From contig JBLDXI010000028.1 of the NCBI GenBank assembly GCA_047495785.1, positions 1,860,001 to 1,924,000 on the forward strand: a stretch of 64,000 bases of DNA, given 5' to 3'. This DNA comes from Lepidodermella squamata. Its lineage: Eukaryota > Animalia > Gastrotricha. Positions 38,326 through 49,451 of the stretch are shown piece after piece (within the stretch, counting starts at the first letter, position 1; each line of letters opens with the position of its first letter). Below the pieces are notes generated by a model. The model worked only from the letters and a program-made list of their open reading frames with translations, was not told where the DNA came from and made no database searches. The position numbers and the translations under genes are program-made.

Positions 38326-39480
38326 ATGAGTAGGGCATTGATCTTGTACTCGCTTTTGATGACATTGGGGATGGCTAACGAGTTGGTACATGTCTCTAAT
38401 CGCTGGACGATAGATTTACTAAAGAAGTGCCCGAATTTGTCGAGAGAAGTTTGCGCTCCATCCTGTGTATTCGGCCCTGGTGAAGGTGGTATATGTGACT
38501 CCACCAATGTGGCGATATCTTTCGAACCTGAACATCTAGGTGAAATTGACGACATTTCTGAACACTTCACTTTGGTTGCCTACTTGGAGCTTGAGTGGCC
38601 CGTTGTTTGTTTGGACTACCAAGTCAACAGCTCAAGGTTACTGAACGTTGATAAGGACGCGATTTGGAAACCAATAATTAACCAGCAACAGGCGCCGAGA
38701 AATTTTGGCGTGGATGAAGGATTTTCGAATCGGTTCTTTCTGGAAACTTCGGAGAGTGATTCATCTCTCAGCTTCACGTGGATACGTCACGGCGCCTTTC
38801 AATCTCATTGTAAAATGGACTACACTTATTTTCCTTTCGATAAACAAAGATGCAAGCTCGTCTTCACAATGCAAGAAGCAGCCGAATCTGTTATTTTTAC
38901 TGAAAAACCTGAAATTCTTACCGCAGCGGAATTTCCCAACTCGAATGAAAAGTGGCAAGTTTTTCATCTGGATCATGAGCGCACTTGGGTTGAAATTGAT
39001 CATTCCAACCATAGTGAAGTTGCTTTCATCATTGAGTTTCGTCGGAAGCCTACATACTACATATTTCACATAATGATTCCGTGCATATTTCTATCTTTCC
39101 TCGTGCTAGTAGCTTTCGCTATGTCGCCATCCCTTCCTGATAGACCCATGTTTGGCATCTCCATCGTCCTTGCCCATACGTTCTTCCAAGGTGTGATTTT
39201 AGATAGGGTGCCGCCTAAATCTGAGCAAATTTTCATCCTGAATTTCGCTGATTTGTGTCAGCTATTCTCCTGGGCCTGTACAGTCTATTTTTTGATCAGC
39301 TGCGGTTATTCAAAAGCTAAGCGAGACCACTTCTTAACTCCGGTGAAACTGCACTGCTTTCGGTTTACTATTCCGCTTCATCGATTGCTCGACAAAGCTA
39401 TGTTTGCTGTTGCTTTTCTGAGTTTCCTTGGAATCCTTATTTACGCTTTTGATACGATGTTTAAGCACGGTGTGTTTTGA
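38326..39480 (+). CDS. Divergent Cys-loop ligand-gated ion channel subunit 3 (intronless)
   Basis: IWKP motif, Cys-loop CKMDYTYFPFDKQRC, RRKPTYY and four TM helices. Confidence 0.9.
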   Translation: MSRALILYSLLMTLGMANELVHVSNRWTIDLLKKCPNLSREVCAPSCVFGPGEGGICDSTNVAISFEPEHLGEIDDISEHFTLVAYLELEWPVVCLDYQVNSSRLLNVDKDAIWKPIINQQQAPRNFGVDEGFSNRFFLETSESDSSLSFTWIRHGAFQSHCKMDYTYFPFDKQRCKLVFTMQEAAESVIFTEKPEILTAAEFPNSNEKWQVFHLDHERTWVEIDHSNHSEVAFIIEFRRKPTYYIFHIMIPCIFLSFLVLVAFAMSPSLPDRPMFGISIVLAHTFFQGVILDRVPPKSEQIFILNFADLCQLFSWACTVYFLISCGYSKAKRDHFLTPVKLHCFRFTIPLHRLLDKAMFAVAFLSFLGILIYAFDTMFKHGVF

Positions 39481-39604
39481 ATAAATAAATAAAGCTTTTA
39501 TACCATATTTTTGTTTAAACGGCGTGCGAAAATTGGATGCCGTGACCTACTCGATGAGCCTATGAAAAACTGTCGTGAATTCGTATGCTATAGGGATTTT
39601 AAAG

Positions 39605-40895
39605 ATGGGTGATTACATGAACTGGACTGATGACATTTTGAAAGCCAGACGAGAATTTTTGGGGTCTTTAAATATTGGAAGTATCGCAGCTGAATTGAAA
39701 GCTGAAATACAGCCATCCGGTTCGAAGAAGCCCTCTTCGAGTAGAGTCGCGAAATTCAACTCATTTGAAGAAATCGCTGACTCTTTAGGAAAATACTGCT
39801 ACGAACCAGATGGAGCGGTGAATTTGAACAAAGACACCGCCGATTATCCTCAAAATTATCATATCTCATCGGTGACGAGGTTCCGCCTGCCGTTCGTCAC
39901 AGCCATTTCGTCTGTACTCGTCCACCCTAGTCAGGAAGCTATTATCGCATTTGTTGGTTGTAAATCAGGAAAAGTCGCCGTGGTCATCGAGTCGCCTAAT
40001 TTCGGTCCGACTATTGGAATTCAGCGATACAGCTTTGAAATCTGCTCGGAACCGATTACTCACTTAGCTTTTGCTTCTTCGCGTGAATTGCTTGCGGCGA
40101 GCAAAGATGGATGTCTTTACCAAGTATGGCATTGCTAATTCATTCTGATTTTATAATTTCCCAGTATTTTAGATGAATCTGGATCGACTTGATTGTGGCT
40201 TCCAGGAGTTGAATCGCCACCCTGGGCATTGCATTCATTCAATAAGCATCGCTTCGTCTAATGACATATGGTATTCGCTTGATGATGGTGTTATCTGTCA
40301 TTATGACAGGCGTTCAAAAACTTCGCGAGAATTCAAAATCGGTCGAAAAACCTACAACTCAGTTTCTGTTCACTCGGGCGCAAATTTGCTTTGCACTGGT
40401 ACAATGGGGCTGATGGAACTGTATGATGTGCGAAAAATGTCTTCTTCAGACGATGCCAAGAAAAGTAATCTCACGTCAATTGATGTGAGAAAGGACCAGA
40501 ATTTTCGGGCTTTCATTCACCCTGATGATCCGTCAATTATTTTATCAGCCGGCGGAAAATTTCTTAACTTATGGCGGTGGGATGAATCGAAATTGGTTCC
40601 ATTTTACCAAGCCGCCAATGACAATGGGCGATACCCTCCTACCTGGCAGCCTAGCGGTCCTGATTCTTACTTATTCGGCATGGGCAAAGGCTGGTTTGAC
40701 GGCGGAATACTGCTGTACTCGGCTCGGCGAGAAATCGGGCAAAAGTTTCCGAATTTTCGAGGCACTCAGCTAAGGCATGAAATGAGTGATCGCTCAAAAC
40801 TTAATTTCGTCTCCTGCCATCCCACTCTACCGATTGTTGTAGCGGCTGATAGTGGCCAAGTCCACTTGATGCACCTTCGACCAAATATTGATTGA
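39605..40895 (+). CDS. WD40-repeat protein, possibly WDR76/DDB2-like; two exons
   Basis: Beta-propeller-like repeats (ISSVLVHPS, ITHLAF, YDRR, YDVR, LNLWRWD, VSCHPTLP) and a short intron at ~40124-40172. The family assignment is tentative. Confidence 0.65.
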
Positions 40896-41003
40896 AGTAA
40901 CAAAAACTTTGTTGTTCCAATTTGCATGATTCATTTTTAATAAATCGGAGTTTCAAGCTGAATTTTCTTTACGGACATTTTAGGATTATTTCATATTGAT
41001 CGA

Positions 41004-44000
41004 ATGGCTAGCTCGTCCAGCAATGCTATTTTTGAGGTTTGACACTTTTTCAGCAATTTTGCTACAACATTTTGCCTTAATTTTAGGCTGTTTGCTGTGC
41101 TGTCTGCCTAGAAGTGCCTTCTGACACGAAAATTCTTTCTGCCTGCGGTCATACAATCTGCGCTGAGTGCCTCGCTAAGCTGACTGAAAAGTCGAAAACC
41201 TCGGTGAATTGCCCAGAATGCAGGGAGGAGACGAAGATTCCCCCACTGGGCTTGCGTACAAATTACGCTGTGAAACGAGTCGCTGAGGTTTACCATGAAG
41301 CGCAATCGAAGCGCGCCAAGTGGTCAAAACCTGGTGAACAGTGCGGGCATGTTCATTTTCTCACGAAAGATGAACGAGAGCTTTGTTCGCATTGTAAAGA
41401 ATGTTTCTGCTCATCATGTTACCTGCTTCACTTGGAGCGCGTTAAGCTGGAAGCCATTTTCGCATGTCACGACGTAATTTAGTACCACTGCAATTTAATG
41501 ATTAACACTTTAACTGCCAAAAATAGACTGCGAGGTCCGATATTTGGGTATAATTCCTGGGTCTGTCAAAAAGTCATCTTTTTTCGGGTCAACAATGCGT
41601 TGAGCGGCAAAATGCCTGACGGCAAAGTGTAGGCCATGACCTGGCGGTTCTTTTGACACCGAATTCGGGGCCAAAAGGTCTCAGCAGGTCATTGAAAATG
41701 ACAGTGAAATAACGTCGAAATTTTGGATTAGAGCCAAAAATCAGACCCACGAATTGGACCTAATTATTAGACCCAGATTATGGCGCAACAATCGAAATTT
41801 CACTGTTTTTCAAGTTTGATTTCTGTGCGTTCCTTGATGTCTTTGGCTCCAAATTTGGTGTCAAAAGAACCGCCAGGTCATGGCCTACACTTTGCCGTCA
41901 GGCATTTTGCCGCTCAACGCATCGTTGACCCGAAAAAAGATGACTTTTTGACAGACCCAGGAATTATACCCAAATATCGGACCTCGCAGTCTATTTTTGG
42001 CAGTTAAAGTGTTAATTGGCGGGTTGTCACTTTTTTAGATCAAAGAGCAGTTTGAACGCAACAGGGTCAAGACTAACGATGCAGCTAATGCAATTCAAAA
42101 TAAAATTGACTCAAATTTGAGTTCGGTAAAAAAGGAAATAAAGTCCTCGGGTGAAGCTTTGGTCAACTGGTTTAGAGACTTGGTTAATGAGCGCTGTGAT
42201 GTCTTGATAAAAGCTGCGGAGGATCTGGGAAATCAGCAGCACGAAGAGTTGAGTGAGCTGCTATCGGAAGATTGGCGTGAAAAGCTCAATGAGTTGGAAA
42301 AGCTGTCCAGCACCCTTGAGAGCTCATCAATGCTGAGCACGTCTTGTGAGGATGTTATTGCGCTTCACTGCTTTGCGAAAGAGATGAGAACCAAGGTAAT
42401 TTCCAAATTGAAAACCGATACAATAAATTTACCCTAATCCATTACAAGTTTGAACATTTCTCGCAAATCAGCTTTTCTCCGAAACTATGGGGATCTACTG
42501 CTTGGGGATTTTATTGAATATAGATATTGTTGAGATCTAACATTTTGCCAAGTTTCATCAACACATGGTTAATATATAAGAATGTTTAGTTATGCCAGTT
42601 GCTGAGCATGGGCAACCAAGCTGCCAAGTCGAAGATTGGTTTAACATGGAATGAATCTATTCGCGAAACCGTGACTTCCGTGCTGTATGAAAACACAAAA
42701 GTTTCCCTGGAATGTTCGGATAATGGTGAAAATGGCAATGCCGAGGTGATTTCTTCCACTTCAACCACCTGACTTTTATACATTCTTTTATTGAACACAT
42801 TAAGGCTGATTCATATCAAAAGTTTCACTTGGCTGCCGCAGAAGGAAATTTGAAAAGCTTCCAAGATTTGCTGAGCGGACTTCAAAAGAAGTGGATCAGA
42901 TTTGTGCTAGAACACACTGATGAATGGGATGACAATCGAACCGTTCTTCTACAAGCTGCTGCTCAAGGCTCTGCAGAACTGGTGAGCTATATTCTATCAC
43001 AAGGCGCAGATATATTGGCCCGTGATTCTGAGTGCATGACCGTGGCCCAAATCGCGGCTGAGCAAGGTCATTTAGACATCCTGGCATTGGTTCTCGAGCG
43101 AAAACCCCAACTCAAAGATGTCAGGGATAAACAGGGGCTCACTTTGTTTCATACAGCGTCGTCTTTCGGCAAAGTGGATGTTGCAAAATATCTGGTCGAC
43201 AGATTCTCTGTGGATTTGGATGCAATAGACAGTGAGAAAACTCGGCGAACTGCTGCATATTTTGCCGCATATAATGGGCATGTGGAAGTTGTGGCTTATC
43301 TATACGAAAAGGGTGCGAAGTTTGATATTGGCGAAACACAAGGCCTTACGCCGATACTTGCTGCTGCTTCGAGTGGGAATCTAGCTGTGATTGACTATCT
43401 GCTAGAGCGTTCCGTTAACGTGAGTTCGATCAAAGATAAGGACGATAACTCTATTTTGGCAATTGCCGCTTCACTTGGTCATCTGGAAATGACAAGCAAA
43501 GTTACCGAGGTAATGCCAAATTTACTGGAAATTGCTGATAAAACCAGATCCACTCCGCTGCTTCTCGCCGCTAAAAATGGTTATTTTGATGTCGTCAAGT
43601 TGTTGATTGAACGTGGCGCTAATCTTGAGGCGAAAACGATTTTCGGCGAGACCTTGGTTCACCTTAGTGCACAATCTGGCAATGTTGAGCTACTGAAGTA
43701 CGCCATGGCACTAAGCCCGAATTCTGAGCGGGTAATGGATAATCAGAAATGGACACCGCTGCACTCAGCTGCATTCGGTTCTCAAGGCACCGCCTGCGTC
43801 GATTATTTACTACAGCTTAATTGGCAGGATATAGAGTTACCAAGCGCTGAAGGAACGCCGCTTATGATTGCAGCTACGTATTCAAAATTGCCAAGTTTCA
43901 AACATTTGCTATCGAAGGGTGCGAGCATTTGGACGACGGACAATAATGGTTTCAATGTCCTAGGCAAAGCTCTCGAGAAAAAATGGTATGACTTGGTGAA

Positions 44001-44142
44001 ATTTTTGCTTGACCTACCCGAAGCCAAGTTTCTTGCTATGCGCAAGAACAATGCGGGTAATACGCCTGTTCAAATCGCCCAGAAGGACGCGAACTTACCC
44101 GAAGATATTGGCCGCAAGTTAGCTTTGCTTGCTTCGAATTAA
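41004..44142 (+). CDS. RING / B-box-like / coiled-coil / ankyrin-repeat protein, copy A; exons 41004-41036, 41087-41473, 42039-42395, 42589-42745, 42806-44142
   Basis: C3HC4 RING (CAVC...CGHTICAEC...CPECR), TRIM-type linker LRTNYAVKR, Cys/His cluster CGH..CSHCKECFCSSCYLLH, helical exon and ~12 ankyrin repeats. Exons join in frame through GT-AG introns. Confidence 0.85.
41506..42011. mobile_element. TTAA-flanked MITE (piggyBac-like), 506 bp, in intron 2 of copy A
   Basis: ~165 bp near-perfect TIRs (CACTTTAACTGCCAAAAATAGACTGCGAGG... / ...CCTCGCAGTCTATTTTTGGCAGTTAAAGTG), with TTAA at 41502-41505 and 42012-42015. Confidence 0.9.
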
Positions 44143-44396
44143 GACATGCTGCAGAACAAAATACTTGCATCTCAGTATTTCCTTCTACTTCATCCTTTTT
44201 ACATTGTTAGCAGTTTTGTTAGTTTGGACCCATTTGAGAATATTGCATTGAAACTATTCAGTTTTACACCAGTCTTTTTTTTAACAATTGGTATATCGAT
44301 TCACGTAAAGTCAAACGTAAAGCCTCGATATCTTTCCCCGAAAAAAGCATTTTTATTTAGAAACATCAATCATTTGTTATTATATCGAACTATTAG

Positions 44397-46924
44397 ATGG
44401 ACATTGGCATGAATTCGTCTAATACTGGCTGCCCAGTGGAAGCGGTATGTGCGTTTAGGGTCGTTCTCTATGTTACCTTTTCTATTATGAGTCCAGGCTC
44501 TTACGTGCACAATATGTCTCGAATTGGCGAATGACCCGAAAATTCTTCCACAATGTGGTCATTCATTCTGCTCCAAATGCATCGAATCGATATTGATTAA
44601 AATGCCAAAATTCACCCAAGTTGTTTGCCCAGAGTGCCGCAGTAAGGCGAATGTTACGATGGATACAATTAAGTGTAAGCGCAGCAAATTTGAAATAGTC
44701 TTACTCTAAGTCGATTTTTTAGCCAATATCGCAGTGAAACGAGCCGTACAAGTTTTGAAGGAGGAAAATGACAACATGAAAAAGTCGAAGCTGGGCGAAT
44801 CTTGTCTGCACCTGTCCAACTTATCGCGATCTAACGCGAGACTATGCGGCCATTGCGACACACAATTTTGTCCATCTTGTTTCGTTGCTCATCTTGAACA
44901 CATGCGAAGTGAGATTTTCTTCGCTCACAGCTGGGTATTTTTTGCAATTTCCATGTGCGATATAACTCTTTCAAACTTTTAGCTTGAATCTAAACGCGAA
45001 AACGCTCGCTCGCATGCCTTAAGCCAGCTCGATGTTATTCGGCCGAAAATCAAAAGCAGCGCTGTGCAAATCAAGGAGGAAATTCGAAAAACCGGAGAAA
45101 ATTTGATTGCTTCATTACAGGATGCCATTAAACAGCATTGCGACCATTTAACAAGCCAAGTTGACCATTTTATAGCGGATCAGCTGCACTCGTTGGAAAA
45201 CAGTGCCGAACTGATGGACGCCACAGCCGATATTGATGGACTGATCAAAGATGTACAATCAGCCCCACTTTTGTTCAACTCGGGCGAGAAATTTATCCGT
45301 CTTCATGCGACTGTAACAGAACAGTGTCAAAATGTAAGCTTGTGTCATTAAGATGAGTCATAATAGAACACTAATTGTGCTCGTATTGCCATTTCCATTT
45401 TGAGGTTGTCGAAATGCTGGCGATTGAGAACAGCGAAGCTGCCAATTCAAATTACGCGACACTCATTGACGTCAGCTTTGTAGAATCAACGAAACGCCTA
45501 TTGAGCAAAAGCTTCACGTTTCACCGCGTTGTTACTCATGTGGAGAAATTGGATGCCAAGGTAAGTTTTTATCGCTTATTTCGTATCAAAACTTCATTCC
45601 CTACAATATCCAGGAATATATGTACTGGGAATTTCATCAATCAGCGAAAAATGGGAAAACTGAAAACTTCAAAGATTTGCTAAGCAAGGTTCCGGAAGCT
45701 GGACTTGATTTGATAATTCGGCATGTAGATGAAACTGATCAAGGAAGAACGGTTCTTCATCAAGCAGTTGCTTCAGGATCTTTGGAAATTTTTCAAATGT
45801 TGTCGCCTCGCTTGTCATTTGAAGACTTGAAACAAGGCGATTCCAATGGCGAAACCATCTGCCACCTTGCGGCTAGTTTCCCTGGAATACTTGATCATAT
45901 CTTGAAAATCGACCCTTCAATCTTACCAGTTCGTGATAAAAAGGGTCGAACAGTTTTGCATTTGATGGCTTCTAATGGCAGAGTCCCCATCAGTGCTGTT
46001 GAGAATTTCAAAGCAATAGTTGACTTGGTTGATTCCGGTAAGAACACTGCTCTTCTTGTCGCATGCGAAAAGGCTAACTCGCAAATGGTCAAGTTTCTCT
46101 TGGAAGTTGGCGCAAATATGCGGTTGTCAAGGGGAGCCATGATGCCAATTCACGTCGCCGCAAGTAATAATCACGTTGAAGCTGTGAGAATGATAGCGAG
46201 CAAGGATGCTACTATGTTGGATGCTTGTAGTGAAACTGGCTACACTGCTTTTCTGGCCGCTTGCTTCAAGGGTAGTGTTGACGTAATGAAGGAATTGTTA
46301 GCAACCTGTCGAAATCAAAAGCTCAGTACGCTTTCTGCGATCCATGTAGTCGTTTATAGTTGCAAAGTCGAAGCTGTTGCGCTTCTCGTCGAAAACGGCT
46401 TCGATGTGAATTGCAAACAAAATTCCGTAATGACAGCCTTCTTCCGCGCTGTTGAGAGTGGCAGCTTACCTGTTGTAAAATATATAATTGAGAAATGCCC
46501 AACGGCTTACAGCGAAACGGCACTGCATTACGCCGCTTCTTGTAAAAATGACGATACTGCTACGGCAATGATTTCCTATTTCATTGAGTCTCATTCAACG
46601 CCTGTTAATCTGAAAGCTTCTGTAAAAAAGCAGCCGCCAACTACTGCGTTGATGATTTGTGCCGAAGCTAATCACGTTCTAGCGTTTGATTATCTCATCA
46701 GCAAAGGAGCTGATCCAGTTATTGTTGACGATAGCGGGAACAACGTCCTTCATATTGCGATTGAAAAGCTGTCTCGTGATGTGATTGAAAGCATTCTGAA
46801 ACTTCCTGTTGCTGGACAGCTGTTGCGAAGCAAAAATGGATCTGGCGTCACGCCAATCGTTGTTTCAAAGCCCAATTTTCCCGATGATCTTATCGAACGA
46901 ATGCGTCAAGTCATCGCGGCTTGA
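44397..46924 (+). CDS. RING / B-box-like / coiled-coil / ankyrin protein, copy B (type II)
   Basis: Exon 1 MDIGMNSSNTGCPVEA, RING CTIC...CGHSFCSKC...CPECR, Cys/His cluster, helical exons and a terminal ankyrin exon (~45614-46924). Confidence 0.85.
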
Positions 46925-47059
46925 ATTTACACATTTTTAATGAGCTGAATTGTTTTCTAATGCTCCTATTGCTGAATGCTTAAATCTAAAATTAAAAACA
47001 TGAAACATACATATAGGAATCCCATTAGCTTTTCTCAGTTGATTCGTTATCGGTCCGTC

Positions 47060-49150
47060 ATTTCATTTCATTTATTTATTTAGGTATTTATTTACTCAGT
47101 ATAAATCCCATTATTGAGAGCTCGAATTATGAAAAGTGGCGAGTGAAAGAAACAATATAAGGCAGAACAGTTCCTGTATGTTCAGGGCGTTTCTTGAGTC
47201 GCAACAATCTGGCTTACTAACTGTGAACAAGTCAAGTGCAATTACTAGTGTGATGGCGTCGGGGGTCGGAGGCTTCGCCTATGCCGCATCGAAACGTTAC
47301 CGTAACCAAATGGACGTTGCGTTTCCGAGCACCCTAGGCATAAGGCCATGGCTAACTCTGGCGCTTGCTTGACCGTTAGCTCGACCGCATAGCATGGGTA
47401 TGATCAATGACTGAAAGTGCCCTCTGGTGATCTGGTGATCGTGATCGTAGGGGAAGTCGCGTTATTCGCGTTTGATGTTGCTTTCGTTGTCGCTGTTGGT
47501 TGACGTGAAACCAGGGGCGAAACATTCGAACCACGTGTTACGTTAGCCAAGTTGCCCTGCCATTTCTCTCGAAAGTTGGCGATAAGCGACTTACTCTTAG
47601 CGACTTCCTGACTATTTAGCCAGAAGAAAGTGTTTCATAGCAAATACCCTGAATGTTCGGGGAGCGTGCGAGTTGTAGGCATGCAATGTCATTACGCAGT
47701 AGGCCTCAGATCGGCTGTCGCTCTGATTCGAGTGACAGGTTTTTGGTTCCGCTTACGTAAATTTGGCCCTGGCAAGAGGCGGAAAAGTAATAGTAAGCAC
47801 GAATGAGATAAAAGTAAGTTATTATTCCTCGCCAATGTTTAACTCCAATGTAGTGACCAGGTCGGGCCGGGTCACGCTCAGGATCAGGCGGATCATTTAG
47901 TATTTATTTATTTAACGAGATTGAATCCAGTAAGAAAGCTTAAGGAATCATTATAGGAGAAAGAAGGTGCAATTCACAAGTGTTCGGTCAGAGTCTCGGG
48001 AGATCCGTTTCCCTTCTATTTCATATTCCGTTTTACAATTATTTGTTGGAAAAAATAAATGGCAGGCTGAGCAGGTGGTTGTACGTCAACTGGTTGATGC
48101 ATTCTGTGCATCAGGGGGCAGAGAGTTGAAAAGCACCACTCCTCTGTAAGCTAGCGTCTTTTGAGGTTGCTGCGATGATAAGGCGGGAACGACTAGCCGG
48201 CCGCGGAAGACGGTACGAGTCAGGTGCTGGTTTGCCTCTAGCGATTAGTGCCTCGCAGTGACTAGATACTGATTTAACTCCGATGTGAGACTCGGCAAAG
48301 ACGAACACGCAGGACAGACGGATTTTCTGTACCGATTGAAGATCAGCAAATCGGATCGGCTGAACAATTCAAGTAAATGTCAATAATCTTCCAAAAGAAT
48401 TACGATGGGTTAGATTGAGCTGTCGTCGAAGCCGCTTGTCAGTTATTTGTGTGATAATTTATGGGCTTGTTCTTATTATTCCTCGTCAATGTTGGACTCG
48501 ATTTCTGAGCTGATAAGTCCACCCCGGGCGAATGGAAGAATGTTTGAATAGGCCGCCTAACGTAGGCTCCTGTTGATCATTTATAGCGCGGTTGGGATGG
48601 TCAGCACTTCGTAATGCTTTGCGCTTTCGAGATAACAGAGTAATCGAGAAGAATCGCACGATCTTGGGTGACGAGGCCGGATTCGAGTAGACATCGGCTC
48701 CACAGCGCGTTTTCTACTAATGATAAGCCTTGGCAACGGCCATACTAGAAATTTCAACAGCGCACGCTGCCGAAGCGCCACCAGGCAACTAGAGCTGAAG
48801 CAATGATGAAAATGAAAACAGCGATCGCTGCTGCGGCTGCGGCCGAAGGTGAAATGGATGGAGTAGCTACAGAAAGAGCCGTATATCACGCGCTGGAGCA
48901 AGCTAGCGCCGTTAGATCATCCGTAGCCTCTGGCGAATAGAGGATAGAGGATGTTGAGCCTAGTTTCGTTCAGCAGTGGGTTGCTTGAAAACAGAAACAT
49001 AAACGCCGACTCGACTCAGGCCAACGTCAATCTCGGCTCTCTGACGATTCCAGTGACTCCCGGATTTGAATATTACTTTGTCATGAAGAGTCAATGTTTC
49101 AAGCCGGAGATGCTTTACTGTTTCATTGGAAATAACCAGAATACTGAAAA
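47060..49150 (-). mobile_element. Highly decayed interspersed repeat, probably a CR1/L2-type LINE 3' remnant
   Basis: Homologous to 52633-53640. Minus-strand peptide fragments (AYVRRPI, LQSVQK, TTLE, LLFRLLPG) occur in the order expected for a LINE ORF2 C-terminus, with an (AAAT/GAAAT)n microsatellite tail near 47060-47085. There is no intact ORF. Confidence 0.45.
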
Positions 49151-49451
49151 TGATACATCTACGCCTTATTATAGGCCACAGCTATGACTAATGAGGGAAA
49201 CGCAATAGAAGCCAAGTTATAAATGAGCTGATACTACAATGGCCAAATGCCAAACAATCATGAACAACAATATCATGAATCACAACAATAACTAATCGTT
49301 ACATACTTTTACTTCCACGCATTGACGCAAATAGAGGATTTAGCATCCCACATCAGCATATGGATCTAGACATAGTTTCACGTGCCCCACTTCCTGTGAG
49401 GAACATTTCTTGCTGATTCCTACTTTTAGTTTATTATTGATATTGTGGATA

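Noticed and set aside
42829-44142. Long ankyrin ORFs as bacterial (Wolbachia-type) horizontal transfer or contamination
   Set aside because: They are terminal exons joined to RING exons by spliceosomal introns and embedded among metazoan genes; nothing in the sequence alone supports a bacterial origin.
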